64,000 nucleotides of DNA from Candidatus Zambryskibacteria bacterium RIFCSPLOWO2_01_FULL_39_39 (GTDB lineage Bacteria; Patescibacteriota; Minisyncoccia; Phycocordibacterales; WO2-35-19): the NCBI GenBank assembly GCA_001823925.1, contig MHWB01000004.1:22390-86389 (forward strand). The letters run 5' to 3'. Shown here one piece after another: positions 9,289-18,959 of this stretch. How positions within the stretch are numbered: position 1 is the stretch's first letter; every line of letters begins with the position of its first letter. Both the position numbers and the translations under genes were made by a program. The notes beneath the pieces were generated by a model. That model saw only the letters and a program-made list of their open reading frames with translations, made no database searches and was not told where the DNA came from.

Positions 9289-9357
9289 AAAAACCCCGCA
9301 AAGCGGGGCTTTTCGCAGACATTCATTTGTGCTGAAAAAGGCTTTCAACACTCACAT
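9289..9357 (-). ncRNA. Candidate small RNA A (~70 nt): 5' hairpin, linker, terminator
   Basis: Promoter TTGCAA(9391-9386)-17 nt-TATATT(9368-9363) with an extended -10 TG; terminator GCCCCGC-TTT-GCGGGG followed by a U-tract. Confidence 0.55.
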
Positions 9358-9425
9358 ATATAAATATATCATAAACTTAAATTAATTGCAACTAATCTGC
9401 CACCATACTGTGTATAACCGTTATT

Positions 9426-11621
9426 TTATGGATTTCGGCCGGCTTTTATCTCGCTTATATAGTAATCCCCTTTTTCTTTAAAAGTGGGGTCTAACTTTAT
9501 AATTTCCTCCAAAGTTTGGATAGCTTCTTGTCTCCTACCAGCCTGAAGATATGCGGCCGTCAAGGTAATCCTGTGTTCTAGATTTCCCGGATCAAGCTTG
9601 ATCCTCTTTTTTGCCAGTTCAATTATTTCTGGAAATTGTTTGAGGGCAAGTAGAGCCGATATATATCTGTTGTCAAAAATAATTTTTGACTCTGGCACTT
9701 CCCCCAAAATCTCATCCGAGAGAGATCTGTTACCTCCCGCAAGTAAAACTAAACCGTAAACAAATCTGGCTTCTTCGTACGCTGGTTCAAGTTCATAAGC
9801 TGTCTTTATCACCTGCATAGCTTCTGTTGGTTTATTATCAGCCAAAAGATTGTTTGCTAGTTCAAAATATATTTGTTGTTTGTTTGGAGAAAGTTTTTTA
9901 GCTTCCTCTAGCTGTTCAATGGCTTTGCCATACCAACCAAACCTAGAAAGAAAAAGTCCATAAAAAAGTCGGTAACGAGCGTCGTTTGGCACTCTTTCTA
10001 GTTGTTTATTAAAAGCTTTATCCACTGTTTCAAACAATTTCTGCTTCAAGTCTTCCGGTGCGTTTGGATTTCCTGCCACAGCAATAGCTGTTTGAGAAAC
10101 ATGTTCTAAACTCTCCGAAAAGCCCATAGCATATGAAGAAAGCGGCCTCTGATAATCTTCAATAGTTCCTATTTTTCCTTCATTATTTAATTTTAAAACT
10201 GCCAAAAGATCTTTATTTTGTCTCCATGGTACATAAATAACAAAATATAAAATGGCTATTGTTAAAATAAGTATCCCCGCTTCTAAGATAGGTTTTGATT
10301 TTTCATTGAGAATTTTGTTTTTAATTTTTGCCGAAATTTTATCCCACCAAGAAGAGGCTAACACCGGTGTGTGGAAATGGATGTATGCAATGACTGTGAA
10401 AAATAATATGTAACTGCTTATTTGATCAAAAACAAAAAGATTGTTGAAAATATAAGCTGACAAAAGCCCAAGTATTACAGCTTTCTCTTCTTTCTTTAGT
10501 AGATCCTCTTTTGTTTTAAATATGTAATATAAAAGAGAAAAAAATATCGAGACATAAGAGAGAAATCCTAAAGCGCCACCCGCGATTAGCCACTCCAAAG
10601 GAGTACTGTGTGCCCTATCAAACCATGGCTCTTGATTATACATCCGCGGATCATAATATTTATTGAAGACAAAATTAAAACCTTCTTGTCCCCAACCGAG
10701 TATCGGCTTCTCCAAAAAGCCTTTCCACGCCATCGGCCAGACAAAATATCTGCCTTGAGTTTGGATTTCCGAGACAGAAAGAGAGGCAAAACGGCTAAGC
10801 ACCGGACTATTATTTACAAATGGAGTATTCTTCAAAGCAAAAAACAAGCCCATAAAAACAATAAGTCCAACGATGCCTACCCAAGCAATTTTCCTTATTT
10901 TATCACCCTTGCTTGATTTCAAAACTAAAAATATAAAAGTTATTAAGACCCCCCCCACCAAACCCAAGATAGCTCCTCTAGTAGCGGTAAAGTACAAAAC
11001 AATTAAATCCATAAGAGCGATTATTCCGAGCAAAATCTTCTGCCATTTTTCTTTAGACCTGACAAAGAGAAGCGAGGCAAAAAATATATGAAAAACCATA
11101 TAAATACCGAGATAAGAGGCGTTGCCGAGCGTGCCATCAACTCGGACACCACCCTGATTGATGGTTATCTTGCCTGCCAATTGGAAAAAGGAGTAAATAG
11201 CCATAATAGCGGAAGCGCCGAGACTGGTCGCTAAAAGTTTGTTCCACAATTCTTCCGTCTTTAAGACCGAACTCAAAATCATAAAATAAGCACCAAGATG
11301 TAAAAGAGTGATGAAACCCTCCATTCTTTCAAAGTTGCTCCAAAAAGCTTTAAATGAATTTTCTCCAAAAAAGTCGGCCACACCCAAAACTACCAAAAAC
11401 CCAAGTAGTGCGACAAATATCCAAGAAAATTTTGGTCTGTAGGATTCATCTCTCACGGCTAAAATAAGAAAACACCCAAAAATTATTTCAACTAAAATCC
11501 TAAAGACAAAAGCTTTACCAGTAATAAAAGGAAAGAAGAGTGAAGAACTGACAATAAGGGGTACAAACGGTATGGCAAAAAGCCCAGCCAATATAATGTA
11601 ACGAAGTTGATTGTTTGACAT
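9426..11621 (-). CDS. O-antigen ligase / O-oligosaccharyltransferase (Wzy_C) with C-terminal TPRs
   Basis: Many TM helices; 'GTLGNASY', 'TRGA', 'GWGQEGF', 'FDRAHS' motifs; helical TPR-like C-terminus. Confidence 0.85.
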   Translation of the reverse strand: MSNNQLRYIILAGLFAIPFVPLIVSSSLFFPFITGKAFVFRILVEIIFGCFLILAVRDESYRPKFSWIFVALLGFLVVLGVADFFGENSFKAFWSNFERMEGFITLLHLGAYFMILSSVLKTEELWNKLLATSLGASAIMAIYSFFQLAGKITINQGGVRVDGTLGNASYLGIYMVFHIFFASLLFVRSKEKWQKILLGIIALMDLIVLYFTATRGAILGLVGGVLITFIFLVLKSSKGDKIRKIAWVGIVGLIVFMGLFFALKNTPFVNNSPVLSRFASLSVSEIQTQGRYFVWPMAWKGFLEKPILGWGQEGFNFVFNKYYDPRMYNQEPWFDRAHSTPLEWLIAGGALGFLSYVSIFFSLLYYIFKTKEDLLKKEEKAVILGLLSAYIFNNLFVFDQISSYILFFTVIAYIHFHTPVLASSWWDKISAKIKNKILNEKSKPILEAGILILTIAILYFVIYVPWRQNKDLLAVLKLNNEGKIGTIEDYQRPLSSYAMGFSESLEHVSQTAIAVAGNPNAPEDLKQKLFETVDKAFNKQLERVPNDARYRLFYGLFLSRFGWYGKAIEQLEEAKKLSPNKQQIYFELANNLLADNKPTEAMQVIKTAYELEPAYEEARFVYGLVLLAGGNRSLSDEILGEVPESKIIFDNRYISALLALKQFPEIIELAKKRIKLDPGNLEHRITLTAAYLQAGRRQEAIQTLEEIIKLDPTFKEKGDYYISEIKAGRNP

Positions 11622-11699
11622 ACCCCCTATAATACTAAAAAAAACTCAAATATCAAATACTTTAAAAAAACCATTTTTTCTGTTATTATACTTCAGATT

Positions 11700-12518
11700 A
11701 TGGAAACAACTGTCATAAAACCTCGTAAGACTTTTAGCTTAAAAGACGTTAGAGAGCTCTGGCAATACAAGGAGCTTTTGTATTTCTTTAGTTGGAGAGA
11801 TTTAAAGGTAAGATATAAACAGACATCTATAGGTATAGCCTGGGCCATATTTCAACCTTTTATCACAATGGTAATTTTTTCTATATTTTTTGGCTCCCTT
11901 GCTAAAGTACCTTCTGATGGAGTCCCTTATCCTATTTTTGTTTACGTTGGTCTTTTATTTTGGCAATTTTTTTCAACTGCTCTTTCAGACACTAGCAACA
12001 CTTTAATAAGCAATCAATCTATTATTACAAAAGTCTACTTTCCAAGACTTATCTTGCCAATCTCCAGTGTTATGACAAAATTTGTAGATTTTTTGATTGC
12101 TACTTTAATACTGATCGGCCTTATGTTTTATTATGGATATATGCCACACCTTTCAGGACTTTTAATTTTACCATTATTACTTATTATTACTTTTATGGCC
12201 TCTACCGGGCTCGGACTTTTCCTAGCTTCTATAAATGTTAAGTACCGAGATGTCAGATACGCTCTACCTTTTTTTGTTCAGATCATGCTATTTCTGACCC
12301 CAGTTATTTATCCCGCCAGTATTGCTGGCAAATACTCTTACCTCTTGGCACTCAACCCAATGACGGGAGTTATCCAAAGTGCCCGAGCCGCAATACTTGG
12401 TGCCACACCAATCAATTGGTTGCTTATAATCATTTCACTTGTGGTTACATTTATACTTATGATATTTGGAATATACATCTTTAAAAAAACCGAGAGATAT
12501 TTCGCTGACATAATTTAA
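11700..12518 (+). CDS. wzm: Polysaccharide ABC exporter permease (Wzm/RfbA-type)
   Basis: 'WRDLKVRYKQT.IG.AWA', 'KVYFPR', 'TPVIYP', 'LNPM'. Confidence 0.92.
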   Translation: METTVIKPRKTFSLKDVRELWQYKELLYFFSWRDLKVRYKQTSIGIAWAIFQPFITMVIFSIFFGSLAKVPSDGVPYPIFVYVGLLFWQFFSTALSDTSNTLISNQSIITKVYFPRLILPISSVMTKFVDFLIATLILIGLMFYYGYMPHLSGLLILPLLLIITFMASTGLGLFLASINVKYRDVRYALPFFVQIMLFLTPVIYPASIAGKYSYLLALNPMTGVIQSARAAILGATPINWLLIIISLVVTFILMIFGIYIFKKTERYFADII

Positions 12519-12522
12519 ATTT

Positions 12523-13794
12523 ATGAATTCTTCGAAACCAATTATTGAGGTAAAAAATATAGGAAAGAAGTATAATATCACCCATCAGAAAGGTAGTTAT
12601 ATTGCCCTACGTGATGTTTTGATGAATGTAATAAAATCTCCTTTTTCATTTTTAAAAACAAAAGTTAAACAAGTAGCCGGCTTTGAAAAGAAAGAGGATT
12701 TTTGGGCACTCAAAGATGTTAGTTTTGATGTTAAAAAAGGCGAAGTAGTGGGTATTATAGGAGCTAATGGCGCCGGCAAATCAACTTTGCTTAAAATACT
12801 CTCTCAAATCACTCCACCTACGACGGGTGAAATAATTTTACGAGGCAGAGTTGGTTCCCTTTTGGAAGTTGGCACTGGTTTTCACCCAGAACTAACTGGC
12901 AGAGAAAATATTTTCCTCAATGGCGCTATCTTGGGAATGAAGAAAAAGGAGATCGCAAAAAAGTTTGACGAGATAGTAGAATTTGCGGATATAGGAAAAT
13001 TTTTAGATACCCCGGTCAAATATTATTCAAGTGGTATGTATGTTCGTTTGGCCTTCTCTGTCGCGGCACATATGGAACCAGATATTTTAATCATTGACGA
13101 AGTCCTAGCCGTTGGTGATGCTGAATTTCAAAAGAAATGTTTAGGCAAAATGGAAGAAATAACAAAAGGAGAAGGCCGGACTATTTTGTTTGTTAGCCAT
13201 AACTTAGAGGCTATAGAGCGTTTATGCGACCAATGTATTCTTCTTCGTAATGGAGAAATCATAAAGAGTGGCAGAGCAGGAGAGGTTATAAATCATTACC
13301 TGAATAACGAAAGAAATTTGAGCTCAGTAATAGAATACACTTCCAAACCAAATACTGAGGCTCAAATAACCAAGATATCGATTCTTGATAAAAATAAAAA
13401 ACCAAGTGCTCAGTTACCGATTAATGATGAATTCTTTATCGCTATAGAGTATGGAGTTTTTCGAGAAATGAAAAAAGCTACCCTCTGTATAAGTATATTT
13501 TCTGAAGGAAATATGTTGTTAAATTCATCCGCAGCCGACAAAGAAGCAAAACTAGAAAATTATTCACCTGGAAAATACGCTTCCATCATCACTATTCCGC
13601 CATCTCTGTTTAATGTCGGCTATTACTATTTAAACATTTCTTTGCAAAAACCATTTATAGAACATATTGATACAAAAGAAAATATTCTATTCGAAATTTT
13701 AAATGTTAATAATCCAAGATCAGAAATTTTTAATAATCAGATCTTGGGAAAAATTGCTATACCTTTAAATTACGATACCAAAAGATTGACTTAG
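12523..13794 (+). CDS. wzt: Polysaccharide ABC exporter ATPase with a Wzt C-terminal domain
   Basis: GANGAGKST, YSSGM.VRLAF, DEVLAVGD; ~170-aa C-terminal extension. Confidence 0.92.
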   Translation: MNSSKPIIEVKNIGKKYNITHQKGSYIALRDVLMNVIKSPFSFLKTKVKQVAGFEKKEDFWALKDVSFDVKKGEVVGIIGANGAGKSTLLKILSQITPPTTGEIILRGRVGSLLEVGTGFHPELTGRENIFLNGAILGMKKKEIAKKFDEIVEFADIGKFLDTPVKYYSSGMYVRLAFSVAAHMEPDILIIDEVLAVGDAEFQKKCLGKMEEITKGEGRTILFVSHNLEAIERLCDQCILLRNGEIIKSGRAGEVINHYLNNERNLSSVIEYTSKPNTEAQITKISILDKNKKPSAQLPINDEFFIAIEYGVFREMKKATLCISIFSEGNMLLNSSAADKEAKLENYSPGKYASIITIPPSLFNVGYYYLNISLQKPFIEHIDTKENILFEILNVNNPRSEIFNNQILGKIAIPLNYDTKRLT

Positions 13795-13798
13795 ATTT

Positions 13799-14521
13799 AT
13801 GCATAAAAAATTAAAAGAAGATTTAAAATACTTTGTTAGAAAATATTTCGGCTATGATTTAAGATCACTTAAGGTAAAGCTGGGAGAAGATTTTTTGGAT
13901 CAGAAGAAAATTCTGGAAAACAAACAAGTAAAAATTGTTTTCGATATCGGGGCCAATGTTGGTCAAACGACCCTGAAATATAAAAAAATGTTCCCAAAAT
14001 CTCAGATATACGGTTTTGAACCCTTTCTGGATGTTTTTAAAAAATATACAGATTTTTACAAAGGAGACAAAAGAGTATTTGCCGTAAATAAAGCGTTCTC
14101 AAACAAAAACGGAAATGCAACTTTCTTCGTCAACAATAATAGCTATACAAATTCTCTTTTACCTATTAATACTGGTTTTATGGAGGGCTTCCGAACTGTG
14201 AAAGAAATTAGCGTAGAAACTGAGACTATCGATTCATTCTGTAAAAGAAACAATGTACAATATATTGATATATTAAAACTTGATGTGCAAGGAGGAGAAC
14301 TTTTGGTTTTGGAGGGGGCGAAAGAAATGTTGACCGAAGAAGCTATCGGCCTTATTTATACTGAAGTTGAATTTGTAGAAGTTTATAAGAGTCAACCACT
14401 TTTTGGAGATATTCAAAATTTTTTGGAACAATATGGTTACAAACTATATAAAAAATACATAGTAGACAATAATGAAAATGGTGAACCGATTGCTGGAGAT
14501 GCAATCTTTTTAAAGTTATGA
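13799..14521 (+). CDS. FkbM family methyltransferase
   Basis: 'VFDIGANVG', 'FEP', 'LKLDVQGGE..VL.GA'. Confidence 0.9.
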   Translation: MHKKLKEDLKYFVRKYFGYDLRSLKVKLGEDFLDQKKILENKQVKIVFDIGANVGQTTLKYKKMFPKSQIYGFEPFLDVFKKYTDFYKGDKRVFAVNKAFSNKNGNATFFVNNNSYTNSLLPINTGFMEGFRTVKEISVETETIDSFCKRNNVQYIDILKLDVQGGELLVLEGAKEMLTEEAIGLIYTEVEFVEVYKSQPLFGDIQNFLEQYGYKLYKKYIVDNNENGEPIAGDAIFLKL

Positions 14522-15498
14522 TCAAAATTAAATTAAGCACCCATAACTATTCCCATTCCATCAGGGCAGAGATGTTATCTCACACTCCAAACAACTCCGG
14601 TAAATGGGGAAATTTTCAATTCTTTATAAACGAACACGTAAGCGAATGTGATTACTGGGTAGTAGTGGATTGTCTGCCAGAAAAAGAATCTGCACTGTGT
14701 CCGAAAAATAATCTTATCTTTATTACCTGCGAACCAAGCGCTATAAAAAAGTACAATCAAAAATTTCTGAGCCAGTTTTCCAAAATTATTACCAGTCAGC
14801 GCAATATAAAGCACCCCGCGGTCTATCACATGCCTTCAGGCCACGAATGGTGGCCAAAGAAAAGTTTTGACGAGTTATACGGACACGACAAAGTAGAAAA
14901 AACCAAATTGATTTCAATCGTCGCCTCCAATAAGATTTACACACCCGGACACAAGAAAAGATTGGAGTTTTGCCTTAATCTTAAAAATTATTTTGGAGAC
15001 AAGATAGATATGTTTGGTAGAGGCACTAGAGCCTTTGAGGATAAATGGGATGTGCTCGCCCCATACAAGTATTCAATTGCGATTGAAAACAGTACTGAAC
15101 CTGATTATATATCGGAAAAATTTACCGATTGTTTCGTCTGCCTAACCTTTCCATTCTACTACGGTTGTCCAAATGTCCACGACTATTATGACGAAAATTC
15201 CTATCAAACTATAGATATTGGTGATTTTAAAAAATCGTGCGATATGATAGAAAAGATTGTGGACGACAAAGATCATTACAATAGACATCTTCAGAACCTA
15301 ATCGCGACAAAAAACAAATATCTTACCCAGCGTCTTATAATGCCACTTATTGCAGATTTTATAAAAAAAGAATATAGTGCTGTTGCAGGCAGTCTTAAAG
15401 AAAGAATCACCATAAGACCCGAGAGAGAATTCCAAAAAATTATGTATGCAATTAGCGATATAAAAAAATTCTTAATAAAAATTAAGACAAAAATATGA
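14518..15498 (+). CDS. GT10 (alpha-1,3-fucosyltransferase-like) glycosyltransferase
   Basis: 'YKYSIAIENS..PDYISEKF' GT10 motif and 'P.YYG'. Confidence 0.85.
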   Translation: MIKIKLSTHNYSHSIRAEMLSHTPNNSGKWGNFQFFINEHVSECDYWVVVDCLPEKESALCPKNNLIFITCEPSAIKKYNQKFLSQFSKIITSQRNIKHPAVYHMPSGHEWWPKKSFDELYGHDKVEKTKLISIVASNKIYTPGHKKRLEFCLNLKNYFGDKIDMFGRGTRAFEDKWDVLAPYKYSIAIENSTEPDYISEKFTDCFVCLTFPFYYGCPNVHDYYDENSYQTIDIGDFKKSCDMIEKIVDDKDHYNRHLQNLIATKNKYLTQRLIMPLIADFIKKEYSAVAGSLKERITIRPEREFQKIMYAISDIKKFLIKIKTKI

Positions 15499-16268
15499 AA
15501 GTGGTTATATTATGTGGCGGACTTGGAACTCGTCTAAAAGAAGAAACCGAATTTAGACCAAAACCCATGGTGTACATAGGCGACAAGCCGATTCTGTGGC
15601 ACATCATGAAAACTTACGCCCATTATGGGTTCAATGATTTTATTTTAGCACTTGGCTACAAGGGGGGTATGATTAAGGACTACTTTCATAACTACGAGCT
15701 TATGAATAGCGACATGACCATTGAATTGGGCAACCCAGAAAACAAGATTGTGCATCAAAATCACGATGAGATTGGTTGGCACATCACCCTTGCGGATACC
15801 GGCCAATATACACTTAAGGGGGCGAGACTAAAAAAACTGGAGAAATATGTGGACGGAGATGAGTTTATGATGACTTACGGTGATGGGGTTGGAGACATAA
15901 ACATTCCCGCCCTTTTGAAATTCCATAAAAGTCACGGAAAAACTGCAACAGTAACGGGAGTTATCCCAGTATCACAATATGGAAAACTATCGGTACAAAA
16001 AGACAACGTCGCTATTTTTGCCGAAAAGCCCATGTCCGATTCTTTTGTGAGTGGTGGTTTTTTTGTTTTTAATAGAGATATTTTTAAGCATCTTCGCGAT
16101 GACGATAGTTGTGATTTGGAACGCGGAACACTGGAGAAACTCTCCCAAAGAGAGCAGGTCAAAGTCTATAAACACAAAGGCTTTTGGGCTTCTATGGACA
16201 ATATAAGAGATATGGAATACCTTAATCGGCTGTGGAATGAAAAAAGAGCCAAATGGAAAATCTGGTAA
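15495..16268 (+). CDS. rfbF: Glucose-1-phosphate cytidylyltransferase
   Basis: 'VVILCGGLGTRLKEETEFRPKPMV.IG.KPILWHIMK', 'TYGDG', 'GFW.SMD..RD'. Confidence 0.92.
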   Translation: MKVVILCGGLGTRLKEETEFRPKPMVYIGDKPILWHIMKTYAHYGFNDFILALGYKGGMIKDYFHNYELMNSDMTIELGNPENKIVHQNHDEIGWHITLADTGQYTLKGARLKKLEKYVDGDEFMMTYGDGVGDINIPALLKFHKSHGKTATVTGVIPVSQYGKLSVQKDNVAIFAEKPMSDSFVSGGFFVFNRDIFKHLRDDDSCDLERGTLEKLSQREQVKVYKHKGFWASMDNIRDMEYLNRLWNEKRAKWKIW

Positions 16269-17344
16269 AAAAATTTAAAAATAAAAAAGTTTTGATTACC
16301 GGACATACCGGTTTTAAGGGGGCATGGCTTTCAAAGATACTATTGAATTGGGGCGCTGAGGTATCTGGGATTGCCCTAGAACCTGTCGCTGGCCACAACA
16401 TGTTTGAGGCTCTCAAAATTAAAAAAGATATTAGTAATCATTTTTTAGATATCCGAGATTTTATCAAACTCAAAAAAGCGGTCGCTAAAGAAAAGCCAGA
16501 GATCGTGTTCCACCTAGCGGCCCAACCGATAGTTCGAGAGAGTTACAATAATCCTTTATATACCTTTAACTCAAATGTTATGGGTACCGCAAACCTACTT
16601 GAGGCGATACGAGAAACTAGTTCGGCAAAAAGCGTAGTTATAATCACAACCGACAAAGTTTATAAAAATAACGATTCCGGTAACCCCTTCAAAGAAGAAG
16701 ACCATCTGGGGGGTCACGATCCTTATAGTGGAAGCAAAGCGGCGGCGGAGATAGTAGTTGATTCCTATACTAAATCTTTTTTTAATCCCGCAGATTATAA
16801 AAAGAAGCACGGCACGCTTATAGCTTCGGCACGAGCCGGCAACGTTATCGGCGGCGGAGATTGGGGCACCGACCGTTTGATACCAGATTTGGTTAAGGGT
16901 ATTTTTGGTAATAAAGATGTGACCATCAGAAATCCAGAAGGGGTCAGGCCATGGCAACACGTGCTTGACGCTCTATCCGGATACCTTCTGCTTGCCGCAG
17001 AGCTTCATGGTGGTAAAAAAGAATATTGTGGCGGTTGGAACTTTGGGCCTGATGAAAAAAGTTTTTTAACGGTTAAAGAAGTGCTCGAGATGGCCTTGAA
17101 GATTTTGGGACGTGGCAGTTATATAGTTAAAAGAAATCCAAACGACCAGCATGAAGCTAAATTATTGAGATTAAATTCAGACAGAGCTAAAATGAAATTG
17201 GGTTGGCACCAAAAAATGAATACCGCCAAAACACTACAATCGACTTTTGAGTGGTATAAAAGTTTTTATAACAAAGAAGATGTTATTGCTATCACCAATA
17301 AGCAGATAAAATTATTCTTTAATAAAGGAAAAAATGAAAATTAA
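16253..17344 (+). CDS. rfbG: CDP-glucose 4,6-dehydratase
   Basis: 'VLITGHTGFKGAWL', 'TTDKVY', 'DPYSGSK', 'RAGNVIGGGDW', 'RPWQHVL'. Confidence 0.93.
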   Translation: MENLVKKFKNKKVLITGHTGFKGAWLSKILLNWGAEVSGIALEPVAGHNMFEALKIKKDISNHFLDIRDFIKLKKAVAKEKPEIVFHLAAQPIVRESYNNPLYTFNSNVMGTANLLEAIRETSSAKSVVIITTDKVYKNNDSGNPFKEEDHLGGHDPYSGSKAAAEIVVDSYTKSFFNPADYKKKHGTLIASARAGNVIGGGDWGTDRLIPDLVKGIFGNKDVTIRNPEGVRPWQHVLDALSGYLLLAAELHGGKKEYCGGWNFGPDEKSFLTVKEVLEMALKILGRGSYIVKRNPNDQHEAKLLRLNSDRAKMKLGWHQKMNTAKTLQSTFEWYKSFYNKEDVIAITNKQIKLFFNKGKNEN

Positions 17345-17864
17345 TAAAACAAAAATTGAGGGAGTCTACACTATTGAGCTCGAATTAAGAGTTGATGAGA
17401 GAGGCTATTTTACAAGAAATTTCTGTCAGAAAGAATTGGCTGAAATGGGTATTGATTATAATATAGCCCAGATAAACCGTTCATTTACTAAAAAAGCCGG
17501 CACCATAAGAGGTATGCATTTTCAAAAGCCACCCAAAGAAGAGTCCAAAATTTTCCAGTGCCTGCAGGGAGCGATATTTTATGTAGCGATAGATTTACGC
17601 GAAAATTCAGAAACTTTTGGTAGATGGATCGGTGAAGAGTTGGGCGCAGAAAATAAAAAAATGATACTGGTACCTAAAGGATTCGGCAGTGGTTTTCAGG
17701 CACTAACCAATAATTGCGAAGTGCAGTATGCCGTCTCCGAATTTTATTCTCCGGAATACGAAAGTGGTGTGAGGTTTGATGACCCGTTTTTTGCGATCAA
17801 ATGGCCATTACCAGTAGCCTTTGTTTCGGATAAAGATAAAAATTGGCCATTGACCAAAAATTAA
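17334..17864 (+). CDS. rfbC: NDP-4-keto-6-deoxyhexose 3,5-epimerase (RmlC/RfbC family)
   Basis: 'DERGYF', 'GTIRGMHFQ', 'DLR..S.TFG.W'. Confidence 0.88.
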   Translation: MKINKTKIEGVYTIELELRVDERGYFTRNFCQKELAEMGIDYNIAQINRSFTKKAGTIRGMHFQKPPKEESKIFQCLQGAIFYVAIDLRENSETFGRWIGEELGAENKKMILVPKGFGSGFQALTNNCEVQYAVSEFYSPEYESGVRFDDPFFAIKWPLPVAFVSDKDKNWPLTKN

Positions 17865-17869
17865 AAGTG

Positions 17870-18919
17870 ATGAGAAATACAAGAAAAAAAACAAGCCTAC
17901 CTCTTGTGAGTATTTGTATTCCAAATTATAACAATGCTCGTTATCTCAACGCCTGCATCAATAGTGCCATAAATCAAACCTATGGCAATGTGGAAATAAT
18001 TTTTGTTGATGATAATTCTTCGGATACTTCTTTAAATATTGCAAAAAAGTATGCCGGCAAAATAAAAATATTAAAAAATGAATCAAATATCGGCCAGCCC
18101 CAAAACACCAATAAATGCGTTGGATTAAGCCGAGGTAAATACATTGTGATTCTTCACAGCGATGACATGCTTTTACCGGATTTTGCCGAGAAGCTAGTGC
18201 CTTTACTTGAAAAGAATCCGAGCGTTGGCATGGCCGTTGGCGAAAGGATTCTGACCGATGAAAAAAACAAGTTAAGGAAAATTGCCCCATTTTATGATGG
18301 GGACTATCTCATACCTGGTATAAAACAAGCTAAAGTGTTCATGATGGCTTCATTTTTACCCTGCCAGGTGCTGTTGCAACGAGACATATTTTTAAAAATT
18401 GGAGGCACAGATAGCAGACATATTGTAAATCTCGACGGCTTGTTATGGTTTAAGTGCTCTCTGGAAGGAGACATAGCTTACACGCAAGAGGCAGTCTCTA
18501 TCTACCGGATACACTCCAAGCAGACAACTGCTCAATATAATCGCACCATAAACCACATGATGGAGAATTACATCACCTTGACCGAAATGTTTAGGCTTGG
18601 GAAAAAATATGCCTACCTTAGAAAATTTTTTAATGAAGCGGTGAAGAGAGTGGCGGTCATAACATTGCGCTATTGTACTGATGTTATAAGAGATAAAAAC
18701 TACGATCTCGCTAAAAAATATTTGACTCTTGCCACTGTTTTCGACTCTAAAATTATTGAGAATCATGATTATAAGGTAATAGAAAAATGCTTACGCGCTC
18801 CAGGTATAAAACGAGACCAAATGATTAAAAAGTTTATAAGTAAAGACAAACTTAGAGATAGAGGATTTAGCTATAGCCCACCTAGAGGAAGTGTTCGCAT
18901 TGACAAGAGCCTAAAATGA
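17870..18919 (+). CDS. GT2 glycosyltransferase
   Basis: 'VSICIPNYN', 'VDDNSSD', 'LHSDD'; ATG at 17870 preferred. Confidence 0.88.
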   Translation: MRNTRKKTSLPLVSICIPNYNNARYLNACINSAINQTYGNVEIIFVDDNSSDTSLNIAKKYAGKIKILKNESNIGQPQNTNKCVGLSRGKYIVILHSDDMLLPDFAEKLVPLLEKNPSVGMAVGERILTDEKNKLRKIAPFYDGDYLIPGIKQAKVFMMASFLPCQVLLQRDIFLKIGGTDSRHIVNLDGLLWFKCSLEGDIAYTQEAVSIYRIHSKQTTAQYNRTINHMMENYITLTEMFRLGKKYAYLRKFFNEAVKRVAVITLRYCTDVIRDKNYDLAKKYLTLATVFDSKIIENHDYKVIEKCLRAPGIKRDQMIKKFISKDKLRDRGFSYSPPRGSVRIDKSLK

Positions 18920-18959
18920 GTTACTCTGTATTTGGATAGTATTTTTGAAAAGGGGAGAA

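Noticed and set aside
8739-9335. ORF-track plus-strand ORFs 8739-8924 and 9066-9335
   Set aside because: Non-ATG starts and low-complexity translations crossing hairpins; the minus-strand signals explain the region better
8940-9420. Replication origin
   Set aside because: Only two DnaA-box-like 9-mers ~440 bp apart, no dnaA/dnaN nearby, and skew cannot be assessed here
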